DNA from: Proteiniphilum sp. UBA5384
Lineage (GTDB): Bacteria; Bacteroidota; Bacteroidia; Bacteroidales; Dysgonomonadaceae
Direction: 5' to 3'
Assembly: GCF_002410825.1 (NCBI RefSeq)
Contig: NZ_DHOS01000034.1
Location: 90,088-154,087, forward strand
DNA length: 64,000 nt
Below, one piece after another: positions 19,558-28,430 of the stretch (its first letter is position 1; the number at the start of each line of letters is the position of its first letter). Made by a program: the position numbers and the translations under genes. The notes under the pieces were generated by a model. It made no database searches. It saw nothing but the letters and a program-made list of their open reading frames with translations, and was not told where the DNA came from.

Positions 19558-20556
19558 ATGGAATCGAACGAAAAGGTAGAAGAGAATATCCGGTTTGAAT
19601 CGAGGATCGATTTGAGTGGATTACAGCACAAAATGGATGCCGTAAGGGCGGAGCTGCAAAAAGTGATTGTGGGGCAGGATAAATTAATTGATTATCTGTT
19701 GGTGGCACTCTTGGCTAACGGGCATGTGCTGTTGGAAGGCGTACCGGGTATTGCCAAAACGCTTGCCGTAAAATTGTTGGCCAAAGCGGTGGATACTTCT
19801 TTCAGCAGGATACAGTTCACCCCTGATTTAATGCCTTCCGATATCCTGGGAACATCGGTCTTTGATATGAAAACGTCCGATTTCCAATTCCGTAAAGGCC
19901 CTGTTTTTGCCAATCTTATCCTGGTGGATGAAGTGAACCGGGCACCGGCAAAGACACAGGCAGCCATGTTTGAAGTCATGGAGGAACGACAAGTGACACT
20001 CGATGGCACTACCTACCGGATGGAGGACCCATTTATTGTGATTGCTACGCAGAATCCTATCGAGCAGGAGGGGACTTACCGCTTGCCGGAAGCGCAGCTG
20101 GACCGTTTCCTCTTCAAGATCGTTATCGATTATCCCAATGTCGCGGAGGAGTTTGAGATCATCCGTAGGGAGCATGAAACAAAGGGTTTTAACAAGACTG
20201 AAAATATCAATAGTGTGGTGGCCGGTTCAGATATTGTAAAGTATCAACTACTTGTGCGTGAAGTGGTGGTAGAAAGCCACTTGATGGCTTATATCGCTAA
20301 TATAGTGCAGCAAACGCGCCGGACGCCGTTCCTCTACTTGGGCGCTTCTCCGCGTGCCTCGATCGCAGTCCTGAACGCAGCTAAGGGAATGGCGGCCCTT
20401 CATGGCCGTGATTTTGTGACACCGGAAGATATCAAGGAAATGGCTATTCCGGTATTGCGCCACCGCATGATTGTATCCCCTGAAAAGGAGATGGAAGGAC
20501 TCAAAGCTGAACAAATCATCTCGGAAATAATTTCCCATATAGAAGTTCCGCGATAG
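19558..20556 (+). CDS. moxR: MoxR family AAA+ ATPase
   Basis: Walker A EGVPGIAKT, RIQFTPDLMPSD, Walker B VDEVNR, ATQNPIEQEGTY, SPRA. Confidence 0.95.
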   Translation: MESNEKVEENIRFESRIDLSGLQHKMDAVRAELQKVIVGQDKLIDYLLVALLANGHVLLEGVPGIAKTLAVKLLAKAVDTSFSRIQFTPDLMPSDILGTSVFDMKTSDFQFRKGPVFANLILVDEVNRAPAKTQAAMFEVMEERQVTLDGTTYRMEDPFIVIATQNPIEQEGTYRLPEAQLDRFLFKIVIDYPNVAEEFEIIRREHETKGFNKTENINSVVAGSDIVKYQLLVREVVVESHLMAYIANIVQQTRRTPFLYLGASPRASIAVLNAAKGMAALHGRDFVTPEDIKEMAIPVLRHRMIVSPEKEMEGLKAEQIISEIISHIEVPR

Positions 20557-20663
20557 TAAGAATATTTTCCCCTCATGTTTCTGATAAAACAAACAGAATT
20601 GTGCCATACGGAAATATGATTAAGATATCTTGTATCTTGATTTTTGTCTCTATATTTAATTCT

Positions 20664-21995
20664 ATGCAAATATTGAAATCATTATACATAAACCAACTGT
20701 TTTATTGGTGGCTGCTGGGTATGGCAGTGTGCTCCTTCGTTTCTTTCTTCGTGGGTTGGTTATATCCTGTGGCGGTGGGGTTGTTAATTGTTTTATTATT
20801 ATTTCTCACGGTAGATATATTTGTGTTGTATTCAGGAAAGGATGGTATTTCGGCATCACGGGTTTTGCCGGAAATGCTCTCGAATGGTGATGAGAATTAT
20901 ATCCGGATAAAGGTCGCGAGCAACTATCGCATCCCCGTCCGTTTGCGTATCATCGATGAAATTCCTGCTCAATATCAGAAACGGGATTTCCTCATAGAGA
21001 GCCGTATAGAATCGTTCTCCGAAGAAGACTATACGTACTCGTTGCGTCCTGTACAGCGCGGAGAATACCAGTTCGGGAAACTCAATATATTTGTGCTTTC
21101 ACCGCTCCGGCTGGTGATGAGGCGGTTTGTCTTTTCGGATAATGCGGCCGTGGCAGCCTATCCTTCCTTCATCCAGATGAAGAAATATGACCTGATTGCT
21201 TTTTCCCATAACCCTTTTGAGTATGGATTAAAGAAAATCCGCCGGATCGGCCATACCATGGAGTTCGAGCAGATCAAGGAGTATGTGCAGGGTGATGACA
21301 TACGTACCATCAACTGGAAGGCGACTTCCAAAAAAGCACAATTGATGGTGAACCAATACCAGGAAGAAAAATCGCAACCGGTTTATCTCCTTATCGACAA
21401 GGGACGAAGCATGCAAATGCCTTTCAACGGGATGAGCCTGTTGGATTATGCCGTCAATTCTACATTGGCGCTCAGCAACATCGCTATCAGAAAACAGGAT
21501 AAGGCGGGCGTGCTTACTTTTTCGAAGAAAGTGGAAGACCGTGTTCCTGCCAATCGGCAAGCGGGACAGATGCAAAAGATCATGAATGCATTGTACCGCA
21601 TAGAAACCAACTTCCTGGAGAGTGATTTCAACCGGTTGTATGTAGAAATCAAACAAATCATTACACAACGAAGCCTGTTGATCCTTTATACCAATTTTGA
21701 AACGACCGATGCGTTGCAACGGCAACTCCCTTTCCTGAAAGCCATATCCAAAAATCATCTGCTCATAGTGGTATTTTTTAAAAATACAGAACTGAACCGG
21801 CTGATTGATAAAAAAGCGGAAAACCTGAACGATGTGTACGATAAGATTATTGCCGAAAAATTTGCTTTTGAGAAACGGTTGATTGTGCGTGAACTAACGC
21901 GGCACGGTATTCAATGTGTGCTCTCTTCTCCCGAAAGCCTCACGATCGACAGTATCAATAAATACCTGGAAATAAAAGCGAGGGGAATGATTTGA
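20664..21995 (+). CDS. DUF58 (vWA-like) protein with N-terminal TM helices
   Basis: EFEQIKEYVQGDDIRTINWKAT; MIDAS-like LLIDKGRSM. Confidence 0.9.
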   Translation: MQILKSLYINQLFYWWLLGMAVCSFVSFFVGWLYPVAVGLLIVLLLFLTVDIFVLYSGKDGISASRVLPEMLSNGDENYIRIKVASNYRIPVRLRIIDEIPAQYQKRDFLIESRIESFSEEDYTYSLRPVQRGEYQFGKLNIFVLSPLRLVMRRFVFSDNAAVAAYPSFIQMKKYDLIAFSHNPFEYGLKKIRRIGHTMEFEQIKEYVQGDDIRTINWKATSKKAQLMVNQYQEEKSQPVYLLIDKGRSMQMPFNGMSLLDYAVNSTLALSNIAIRKQDKAGVLTFSKKVEDRVPANRQAGQMQKIMNALYRIETNFLESDFNRLYVEIKQIITQRSLLILYTNFETTDALQRQLPFLKAISKNHLLIVVFFKNTELNRLIDKKAENLNDVYDKIIAEKFAFEKRLIVRELTRHGIQCVLSSPESLTIDSINKYLEIKARGMI

Positions 21996-22001
21996 CCTGT
22001 C

Positions 22002-22517
22002 TTATTTTTTAGTGAAAACAAGTTCGTCATATTCCTTATTGGAGATAAGCTTATCATTGAGATAAAGCGCTTTCTGCACTTTGGGATTACAGTTGCTTCC
22101 TGTGATGTAACAATCAAATGCAACCTTGTCACTTGTCCCATCCTCCCAATGTATCGTGAATTCTTCTCTTTTATGTTCATCGGTGGGACTGAACTCTCCA
22201 AAACCTAACAGTAAACTGCGCGGATTTTCTTCATCTTCAGGGTAATGCCTTAAGGATAAGGGTTCTGGCATAGTCGCACGAGTTTCAATTGGTTGGATTT
22301 CCACTATGTCATAAGTTTTATCTTTATAAGTAATCCACACGCCTCCATCCAGTAAGTTGTTTTCTGTTTCGGGGTCAAGGAGATTTTCTCCTGATTCATT
22401 GACTACCGAAATAAAAAACTCGTAGTTCATAAAATCCCAGATTGTGTCTTTACAATTATCTTTACAAGAAAGAATTGTGAAAAAAGATAATACAATAAAT
22501 AGATGTTTCGTTTTCAT
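22002..22517 (-). CDS. Hypothetical lipoprotein directly downstream of the C10 protease gene
   Basis: Lipobox ILSC; 6 nt gap to the upstream gene. Confidence 0.75.
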   Translation of the reverse strand: MKTKHLFIVLSFFTILSCKDNCKDTIWDFMNYEFFISVVNESGENLLDPETENNLLDGGVWITYKDKTYDIVEIQPIETRATMPEPLSLRHYPEDEENPRSLLLGFGEFSPTDEHKREEFTIHWEDGTSDKVAFDCYITGSNCNPKVQKALYLNDKLISNKEYDELVFTKK

Positions 22518-22523
22518 AATGTG

Positions 22524-23267
22524 CTATTTGTTTATATTATATACCATGGCTTTATCTTTATAATATCCCTTCCCTCCTTTGGGATTCAAATTTTCGAGAA
22601 TAAACCAACCATCGTTAGAGCCTCCCCATCCCCAATTCATGTGAAATCTTATAGTGGTATATGTACACATATTAGTTGAGATATATCCATCGCAAACCCA
22701 AGCATGGCCTACGGTATCAGAAAATCCTGATAAAATTACAGGTTTTCCCCCTGATATATTAGATTGCATAGTAGTAAGATTTATATTGCTTGAATAAGTT
22801 GCTGAGCTATAGTTGTAATTCGTCTTTAATAAATTAGGAATATCTTTTGTCTTTGCACCAGAGCCCGCACAATCATAATTCATCCCTATTTTTTGTCCAA
22901 TATCGACTATAAGACGAGCGGATTCCGTTGTTCCAACTGTCAAATCCATTGCATTCCAATCAAATTCGTCAGGATAATTGTGATGATACATAACTTGAGC
23001 AATTGCAATAGCAACGCAGCCGGCAGGAGCCTCGTCATTGCCACAGGAAAGAGGAACTTGATCGTTAAATGCTCCGTCCTGGTTCCACTCTGTCTCTAGT
23101 AAAGGTCTAATTGGCGATGCCAATGGTTCAATTTCTCCTGAGCGCACTGCATCTACCATTTCTTTCGTATCATTCATCCATTGAATTACACACAAAGGCA
23201 TGTCGTCGGTTTCTTCAAAATTTCCATCTGGCGAAAAAGCTAATACAATAGGCAAGGAACTTGTCTT
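22524..23267 (-). pseudogene. C10 (streptopain/SpeB-like) cysteine protease, 5'-truncated (no signal peptide, most of the prodomain missing)
   Basis: WNQ, AGCVAIAIAQVM (catalytic Cys), GHAWVCDGY (His), FHMNWGWGG; the frame begins inside the prodomain motif LPIVLAFS with TGA at 23270-23268. Confidence 0.8.
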
Positions 23268-23284
23268 TCAAATGTCTCACAATG

Positions 23285-23292
23285 CAAAAGTA
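23285..23292 (-). promoter_or_regulatory. -7 promoter box immediately upstream of the truncated C10 gene
   Basis: TACTTTTG on the minus strand. Confidence 0.5.
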
Positions 23293-23569
23293 TAAGAATA
23301 GGGGCATTAGAAATCTATTTTTTAATTTAAATAAAATGAAATGATGTTGTTTTGTGTGATTAGATGGGGCTTTTGTGAAAATCCACGATGCTATGGGGAA
23401 ATTTCTATTGGTAATTCAAGCTTTACTACTAAACAATAGAAGCTTCTTTATCTATGAGAAGTATAGGCGTTTTTATTCAGGAGTCAGAGGAAATCTTCCG
23501 GATTCGGTTGTTCGAGAGTCCTTGAGATGTTTGAAAGAGGGGAAGAGAATTATAAGAACGATATTGAGC

Positions 23570-23735
23570 GACGAGCAGTATGCCGGGAATAAAGCGAAAA
23601 TCCCTTGTGTTAAGCGTATAAAGACGGCAAGAGTAATGGAGTGCTTGGCCTCAAATCATCATGTTTGCGAATTATTTTTCCGTTTTTACGGATAATTTCA
23701 ATTAGGATGTTGGTGTCAAGTAGTATGCGGGCCAA
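23570..23735 (-). pseudogene. VapC/PIN toxin remnant with internal deletion and frameshift
   Basis: From TTG 23735: ARILLDTNILIEIIRKN (PIN N-terminus); from 23644 in another frame: ALHYSCRLYTLNTRDFRFIPGILL (PIN C-terminus). Confidence 0.75.
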
Positions 23736-23945
23736 GCAGTGGAACGTTTTTCTTCAACAGAAGGAAAAGATGTGTCCAATGCAATGTCCTCCCAAAATAC
23801 TTTATCTTTCAAATCTTCGGGTAACGAACCTAATGGTTTTCTTTTTTCTGCCTCCTTTACAATGATTTCTACCTTTTTCCCACTAATCATTCGGGAATGT
23901 TGATTGTCAGGCGCTTCCTTTTGGGATAATAATTTCTTGTATCTT
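23702..23945 (-). pseudogene. Putative antitoxin remnant upstream of the PIN fragment
   Basis: IQEIIIPKGS / RLTINIPE / MISGKKVEIIV fall in three successive frames; the 3' end overlaps the toxin start; TATCTTTG box at 23986-23993. Confidence 0.45.
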
Positions 23946-24104
23946 AACGCAAAAATTTCGGGATCAAATACAACTCAAAGATAATAAATATAACTGAATA
24001 TGAAGTCTTAAGTTCATATTTTTTAGAGAAACCTTTCATCTAAAGAATAACAACGGAGTTAAAGCTACCTGTTGCTAATATATAAGCACTTTACACTTAT
24101 AGGA

Positions 24105-24854
24105 TCAGTCTGGTGAAGTAGGCTGGGAGAGGAGTTTGGCTGCTTCACCATCCAGAAACCAGTGGAGATTTTCCGATTCCGGTTGTACCAGCGCAGCCGG
24201 ATATTTTTTCTTGGCCGTATCCGGTTGTTCAATGATTTCTTTCACTTTATCCGCCTTGTTTTCTCCTGTTACGAGAAAAAATACATTTTTTGCCGCATTG
24301 ATTACTTCTCCGGAGAGGCTCACCCGTTTCTGTCCGCTCACGGGATGAGTGGCTGTCACACAATTGTCAGGGTAATTCCAGAGATTTATTTCGTGAGGGA
24401 AGATGGATGCAGTATGTCCGTCGTCTCCCATGCCTAACATCAAGATGTCGAAAGAAGGCATACCATTCATCGTTTCTAATTCCCGGTTAAGCAATTCGCC
24501 ATACCTTCCGGCTTCCGTTGCGGGATCATTTTCTCCCAGAATGCGGAATATATTTTCTTCGGGTACTGGCACAAAATCAAAGAGATGCTCTTTGGTCATC
24601 TTGTAATTGCTTTCATCGTCGGATGGCGGCACACAGCGTTCATCACCCCAGAAAAATTTGACTTTTTCCCAGTTTATTTCGTTTTCAGGTAGTTGCGCCC
24701 AATAATCAAATAATGATTTTGGAGTAGAGCCGCCCGAAAGGGCAATCGTCACCACGTCTTTTTTTTTGTTGGATACCATTTCCTTTACCTTTTCGGTAAA
24801 TGCACGGTTCAACTCATCCTTTGTATTGAAAACTTGTATATCCATCTTTTTCAA
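24105..24854 (-). CDS. pgl: 6-phosphogluconolactonase
   Basis: ALSGGSTP, FWGDERCVPP, GMGDDGHTASIFP. Confidence 0.95.
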   Translation of the reverse strand: MKKMDIQVFNTKDELNRAFTEKVKEMVSNKKKDVVTIALSGGSTPKSLFDYWAQLPENEINWEKVKFFWGDERCVPPSDDESNYKMTKEHLFDFVPVPEENIFRILGENDPATEAGRYGELLNRELETMNGMPSFDILMLGMGDDGHTASIFPHEINLWNYPDNCVTATHPVSGQKRVSLSGEVINAAKNVFFLVTGENKADKVKEIIEQPDTAKKKYPAALVQPESENLHWFLDGEAAKLLSQPTSPD

Positions 24855-24906
24855 TTACCTATTACCCAATTACAGATCATCTGATCATTCATTTTCCATT
24901 GTTCCA

Positions 24907-26439
24907 TCACAACTCACAATAAATCCCATCTTCCGCCAGATTTTTGCATGGGTAGCGCCAGGTATTTTCTTTCCCTTCTATTAGGGCATCCGCCACGTCC
25001 GGTCCCCAGGAACCGGCGGGATAACCATGGAGTGGTACCTCCTCAGCGTCATTTGTCCAATAATCGAGGATAGGCTGTACGAATTTCCATGTTACTTCTG
25101 CTGCTGCACCCTGCATAAAGAGCATATTATCGCCTCCCATACAGTCGAGTATCAATCTTTCATAAGCACCGGGTATGTAGTGGTCGTTTAATTCCGAATA
25201 ATGAAAATCCATGTTGACCGATTTCACCTCATAACCGTTCCCCGGCACCTTCATTCCGGTCTTCAGCAAGATTCCTTCATCAGGTTGGATACGTAGAATC
25301 AGTTGATTATCTGAATGGACCGTTCCCTCGGCCGATTTAAACAGCCTTTGAGGTGATGGATGGAAATGTATGACTACCTCCGATACTTGTGTGGGGAGCC
25401 TTTTCCCGGTGCGTATATAAAAGGGAACGCCTTCCCATCGCCAGTTATCGATAAAGACTTTCATTGCGGCATAGGTCTCTGTGCGGGAGTCTGTTTTTAC
25501 GTTTGTCTCTTCACGATACCCTTTATAATGTTTTCCCCGTACGGTTGCTTCGGTATATTGTCCACGAATCACATTTTTTTTCAAGTCGGTTTTATTTAGG
25601 GGACGCAATGAGCGGAATACCTTCATCTTTTCATATCGGATTTCTTCCGGCGTTATTTTGTTAGGTGGTTCCATGGCCACTATCGACAATACTTGGAGCA
25701 GGTGATTCTGAATCATATCCCGCAAGGCCCCCGATTCATCATAATACCTGCCGCGATCTTCTACTCCCACGCTCTCTGCTGCTGTAATTTCGACATGTTG
25801 AATATAATTGCGATTCCATAGCGGTTCGTAAATACCATTTGCAAAACGTGTCACTAGCATGTTCTGAACCGTTTCCTTACCCAGATAATGATCTATCCGG
25901 TAAATCTGGTCTTCATGGAAAAATTCCAGCAGTTGCTTATTCAATTCAATAGCTGATGAGAGATCGTGCCCGAAAGGTTTTTCAATGATAATTCTACGAA
26001 AGCCTTTTTGCTGCAATGTGAGCCCCTGCCCATATAAAAATTTAGGAATAATAGGGTATAAGTAGGGCGGAGTAGAGAGGTAAAAAATATAATTATGTTC
26101 CAAGTTGAATTGCCTATTCAGTTCGCTCAGTTTCTTTTTTACCTGTATATACTCTTCTCCTTTTGCTGTATCAATACTCAAATAAAAGAGTAAAGAAAGG
26201 AAACTATTGATTTTCTTTTCATCTGTATTCTTAGAATGGGCAAATTGTCGGATACCCTCTTTCATTTTTTTGCGGAACTGTTTATTGGTGAATTCGGTTC
26301 GGCTCACTCCTAGAATAGCATATCCTTCCGGCAGGGAACCATTCATAAACAGGTCGAATACGGCGGGGATTAGTTTGCGATATGTGAGATCTCCCGATGC
26401 GCCAAAAATTACCAGCGCCTGATTGGTCGTTTTCTTCAT
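24907..26439 (-). CDS. zwf: Glucose-6-phosphate 1-dehydrogenase; likely start 26439
   Basis: GASGDL, IEKPFG, RIDHYLGKE. Confidence 0.97.
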   Translation of the reverse strand: MKKTTNQALVIFGASGDLTYRKLIPAVFDLFMNGSLPEGYAILGVSRTEFTNKQFRKKMKEGIRQFAHSKNTDEKKINSFLSLLFYLSIDTAKGEEYIQVKKKLSELNRQFNLEHNYIFYLSTPPYLYPIIPKFLYGQGLTLQQKGFRRIIIEKPFGHDLSSAIELNKQLLEFFHEDQIYRIDHYLGKETVQNMLVTRFANGIYEPLWNRNYIQHVEITAAESVGVEDRGRYYDESGALRDMIQNHLLQVLSIVAMEPPNKITPEEIRYEKMKVFRSLRPLNKTDLKKNVIRGQYTEATVRGKHYKGYREETNVKTDSRTETYAAMKVFIDNWRWEGVPFYIRTGKRLPTQVSEVVIHFHPSPQRLFKSAEGTVHSDNQLILRIQPDEGILLKTGMKVPGNGYEVKSVNMDFHYSELNDHYIPGAYERLILDCMGGDNMLFMQGAAAEVTWKFVQPILDYWTNDAEEVPLHGYPAGSWGPDVADALIEGKENTWRYPCKNLAEDGIYCEL

Positions 26440-26579
26440 TTTATAATAGGGTTTCGATGATATCAAAATAACAATTATGGGTCTAAAAAGTTGATCGTAT
26501 ACGTTTCATTTCATTTTGGCCGGATTATATAGAGTGTCAAATAGATATAATGATTACCTGTAATTTATTATTTTCAGTG

Positions 26580-26610
26580 TTTGAAGTTTGGATATTTTAT
26601 CGTATCTTTG
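26580..26610 (+). promoter_or_regulatory. Promoter of rpsF-rpsR-rplI
   Basis: TTTG(26580)-N19-TATCTTTG(26603). Confidence 0.7.
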
Positions 26611-26653
26611 CCGCTCAAAATTTTTTCAATAACGAATTAATAATTAAATTAGT

Positions 26654-27088
26654 ATGAACAATTACGAAACCGTTTTCATTTTGACTCCCGTTTTGTCTGA
26701 TGCTCAGATGAAGGAAGCGGTTGAAAAATTCAAATCCCTCCTTACGGATCAAGGGGCCGAAATTGTAAACGAGGAAGATTGGGGTTTACGCAAATTAGCA
26801 TATCCCATCGACAAAAAGACGACAGGATTTTATAATTTCCTGGAGTTTAATGCCGATCCGTCGGTAATAGAAAAACTTGAAGTGAATTTCCGTCGTGACG
26901 AGCGTGTGATCCGTTTCTTGACTGTGAAACAGGATAAATTTGCGCTGGAATATGCTCAAAAGAGAAGAAACCACAAGGGAGGCAAGAGACATGAAGCACA
27001 TGCCGCCGGTGAGACTGCAAAGACAGTAAGGAAAGAAAAAGCAGAAGCTGTGGAAGCGGAAGTAGAACTTAAAGAAAAGGAGGACTAA
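26654..27088 (+). CDS. rpsF: 30S ribosomal protein bS6 with a long charged C-terminal tail
   Basis: [28 protein letters not shown]. Confidence 0.97.
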   Translation: MNNYETVFILTPVLSDAQMKEAVEKFKSLLTDQGAEIVNEEDWGLRKLAYPIDKKTTGFYNFLEFNADPSVIEKLEVNFRRDERVIRFLTVKQDKFALEYAQKRRNHKGGKRHEAHAAGETAKTVRKEKAEAVEAEVELKEKED

Positions 27089-27091
27089 GAA

Positions 27092-27358
27092 ATGGCTAAA
27101 CAGACAGAAATCAGATATCTTACCCCGCTATCGGTGGATGTGAAGAAGAAAAAATATTGCCGTTTCAAGAAAAATGGCATCAAGTATATTGACTATAAAG
27201 ATCCTGAATTCCTGAAGAAGTTCCTGAACGAACAGGGAAAGATTTTGCCGAGAAGGATTACGGGTACTTCGTTGAAGTTTCAACGACGAATCGCACAAGC
27301 AGTGAAGAGAGCGCGTCATATAGCTTTGCTTCCATACGTAACCGATTTAATGAAATAA
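27092..27358 (+). CDS. rpsR: 30S ribosomal protein bS18
   Basis: [22 protein letters not shown]. Confidence 0.97.
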   Translation: MAKQTEIRYLTPLSVDVKKKKYCRFKKNGIKYIDYKDPEFLKKFLNEQGKILPRRITGTSLKFQRRIAQAVKRARHIALLPYVTDLMK

Positions 27359-27373
27359 AAAGGAGGAAGAAAA

Positions 27374-27817
27374 ATGGAAGTAATTTTAAAAGAAGATATA
27401 CAGAGTTTAGGCTACAAGGATGATGTGGTGAATGTAAAAAAAGGGTATGCCCGTAATTTCCTTATTCCCCAGGGTAAGGCAGTTATCGCCACTGAATCTG
27501 CCAAAAAAGTGTTGGCTGAGAACCAGAAACAACGTGCCCATAAATTGGCACAAATGAAGGCGGACGCACAAGCCCTTGCCGAAAAAATAGAAGGTGTTAC
27601 CTTGACTATCGGTGCAAAGACCAGTTCTACCGGCACTATTTTTGGTTCGGTCACCAGTATTCAGGTTTCTGATGCATTGAAAGAAAAAGGTTTTGAAGTA
27701 GACAGGAAGCTGATCGTGATCAAAGACCAAGTGAAAGAGGTAGGAAATTACAATGCAGTGGTAAGATTGCACAAGGAAGTTTCAGTAGATGTTCCTTTTG
27801 AGGTGATTGCTGAATAA
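27374..27817 (+). CDS. rplI: 50S ribosomal protein bL9
   Basis: LGYKDDVVNVKKGYARNFLIP, FGSV. Confidence 0.97.
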   Translation: MEVILKEDIQSLGYKDDVVNVKKGYARNFLIPQGKAVIATESAKKVLAENQKQRAHKLAQMKADAQALAEKIEGVTLTIGAKTSSTGTIFGSVTSIQVSDALKEKGFEVDRKLIVIKDQVKEVGNYNAVVRLHKEVSVDVPFEVIAE

Positions 27818-27841
27818 GAATTTGCACATCATATATGAAAG

Positions 27842-27870
27842 AGCTTCGGAATTTTCCGAAGCTTTTTTTA
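27842..27870 (+). terminator. Intrinsic terminator of the r-protein operon
   Basis: AGCTTCGGA-ATTT-TCCGAAGCT followed by a long T run. Confidence 0.9.
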
Positions 27871-27956
27871 TACACTTTCTTTGCATAGCTTTGCCTGATC
27901 AATATAGATCAATCTTGCGAGACATACACTACATATTGCTTATCTCCTTGTTTTGA

Positions 27957-28411
27957 TGTGTCTATCGAGAACAGGAACGGGGCCACCTTGCCATAGCCGA
28001 ATATAAACGTGCGTTGGAATTGGCTCAGCTTCACAACGATGATGAGAAACAAGCTCTGGTGTTTTATAATATGGGCGGGCTTTATTTTGATAAAAGAGCT
28101 TTCCGCCAAGCGTCGGATTATTATCAACAGTCAGTTGATAAATATGTAAATAATCCCGCTAAAGAACTTGTGAGTTTACATCGTGTTGCACAATCCTCTC
28201 TGTTGTCCGGTAATGCCGACAGTTCATTGGTATATAGCAAAGAGGAAAAGAATTGGCTCGCAGTACGGGTAATAAAAGAATGGAAGCGAAATTTATCAAT
28301 GATATGGCTATTGTCCTTTTTGATGAAGAAAAGTATCCTGAAGCGATCACCCTGCTACACCAATTCCGCAAGATTAATCCCGATACAGTTCATTTCACAG
28401 GTATCCTATAA
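27957..28411 (+). pseudogene. TPR-protein remnant, 5'-truncated and frameshifted near 28250
   Basis: AIAEYKRALELAQ...VFYNMGGLYF...ASDYYQQS in one frame; ELARSTGNKRMEAKFINDMAIVLFDEEKYPEAITLL in the next. Confidence 0.65.
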
Positions 28412-28430
28412 ATAAGGGTAGTGTATACTT

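Noticed and set aside
23375-23695. 106-aa plus-strand ORF as a real gene
   Set aside because: It overlaps the minus-strand PIN remnant, starts at GTG and has no recognisable motif.
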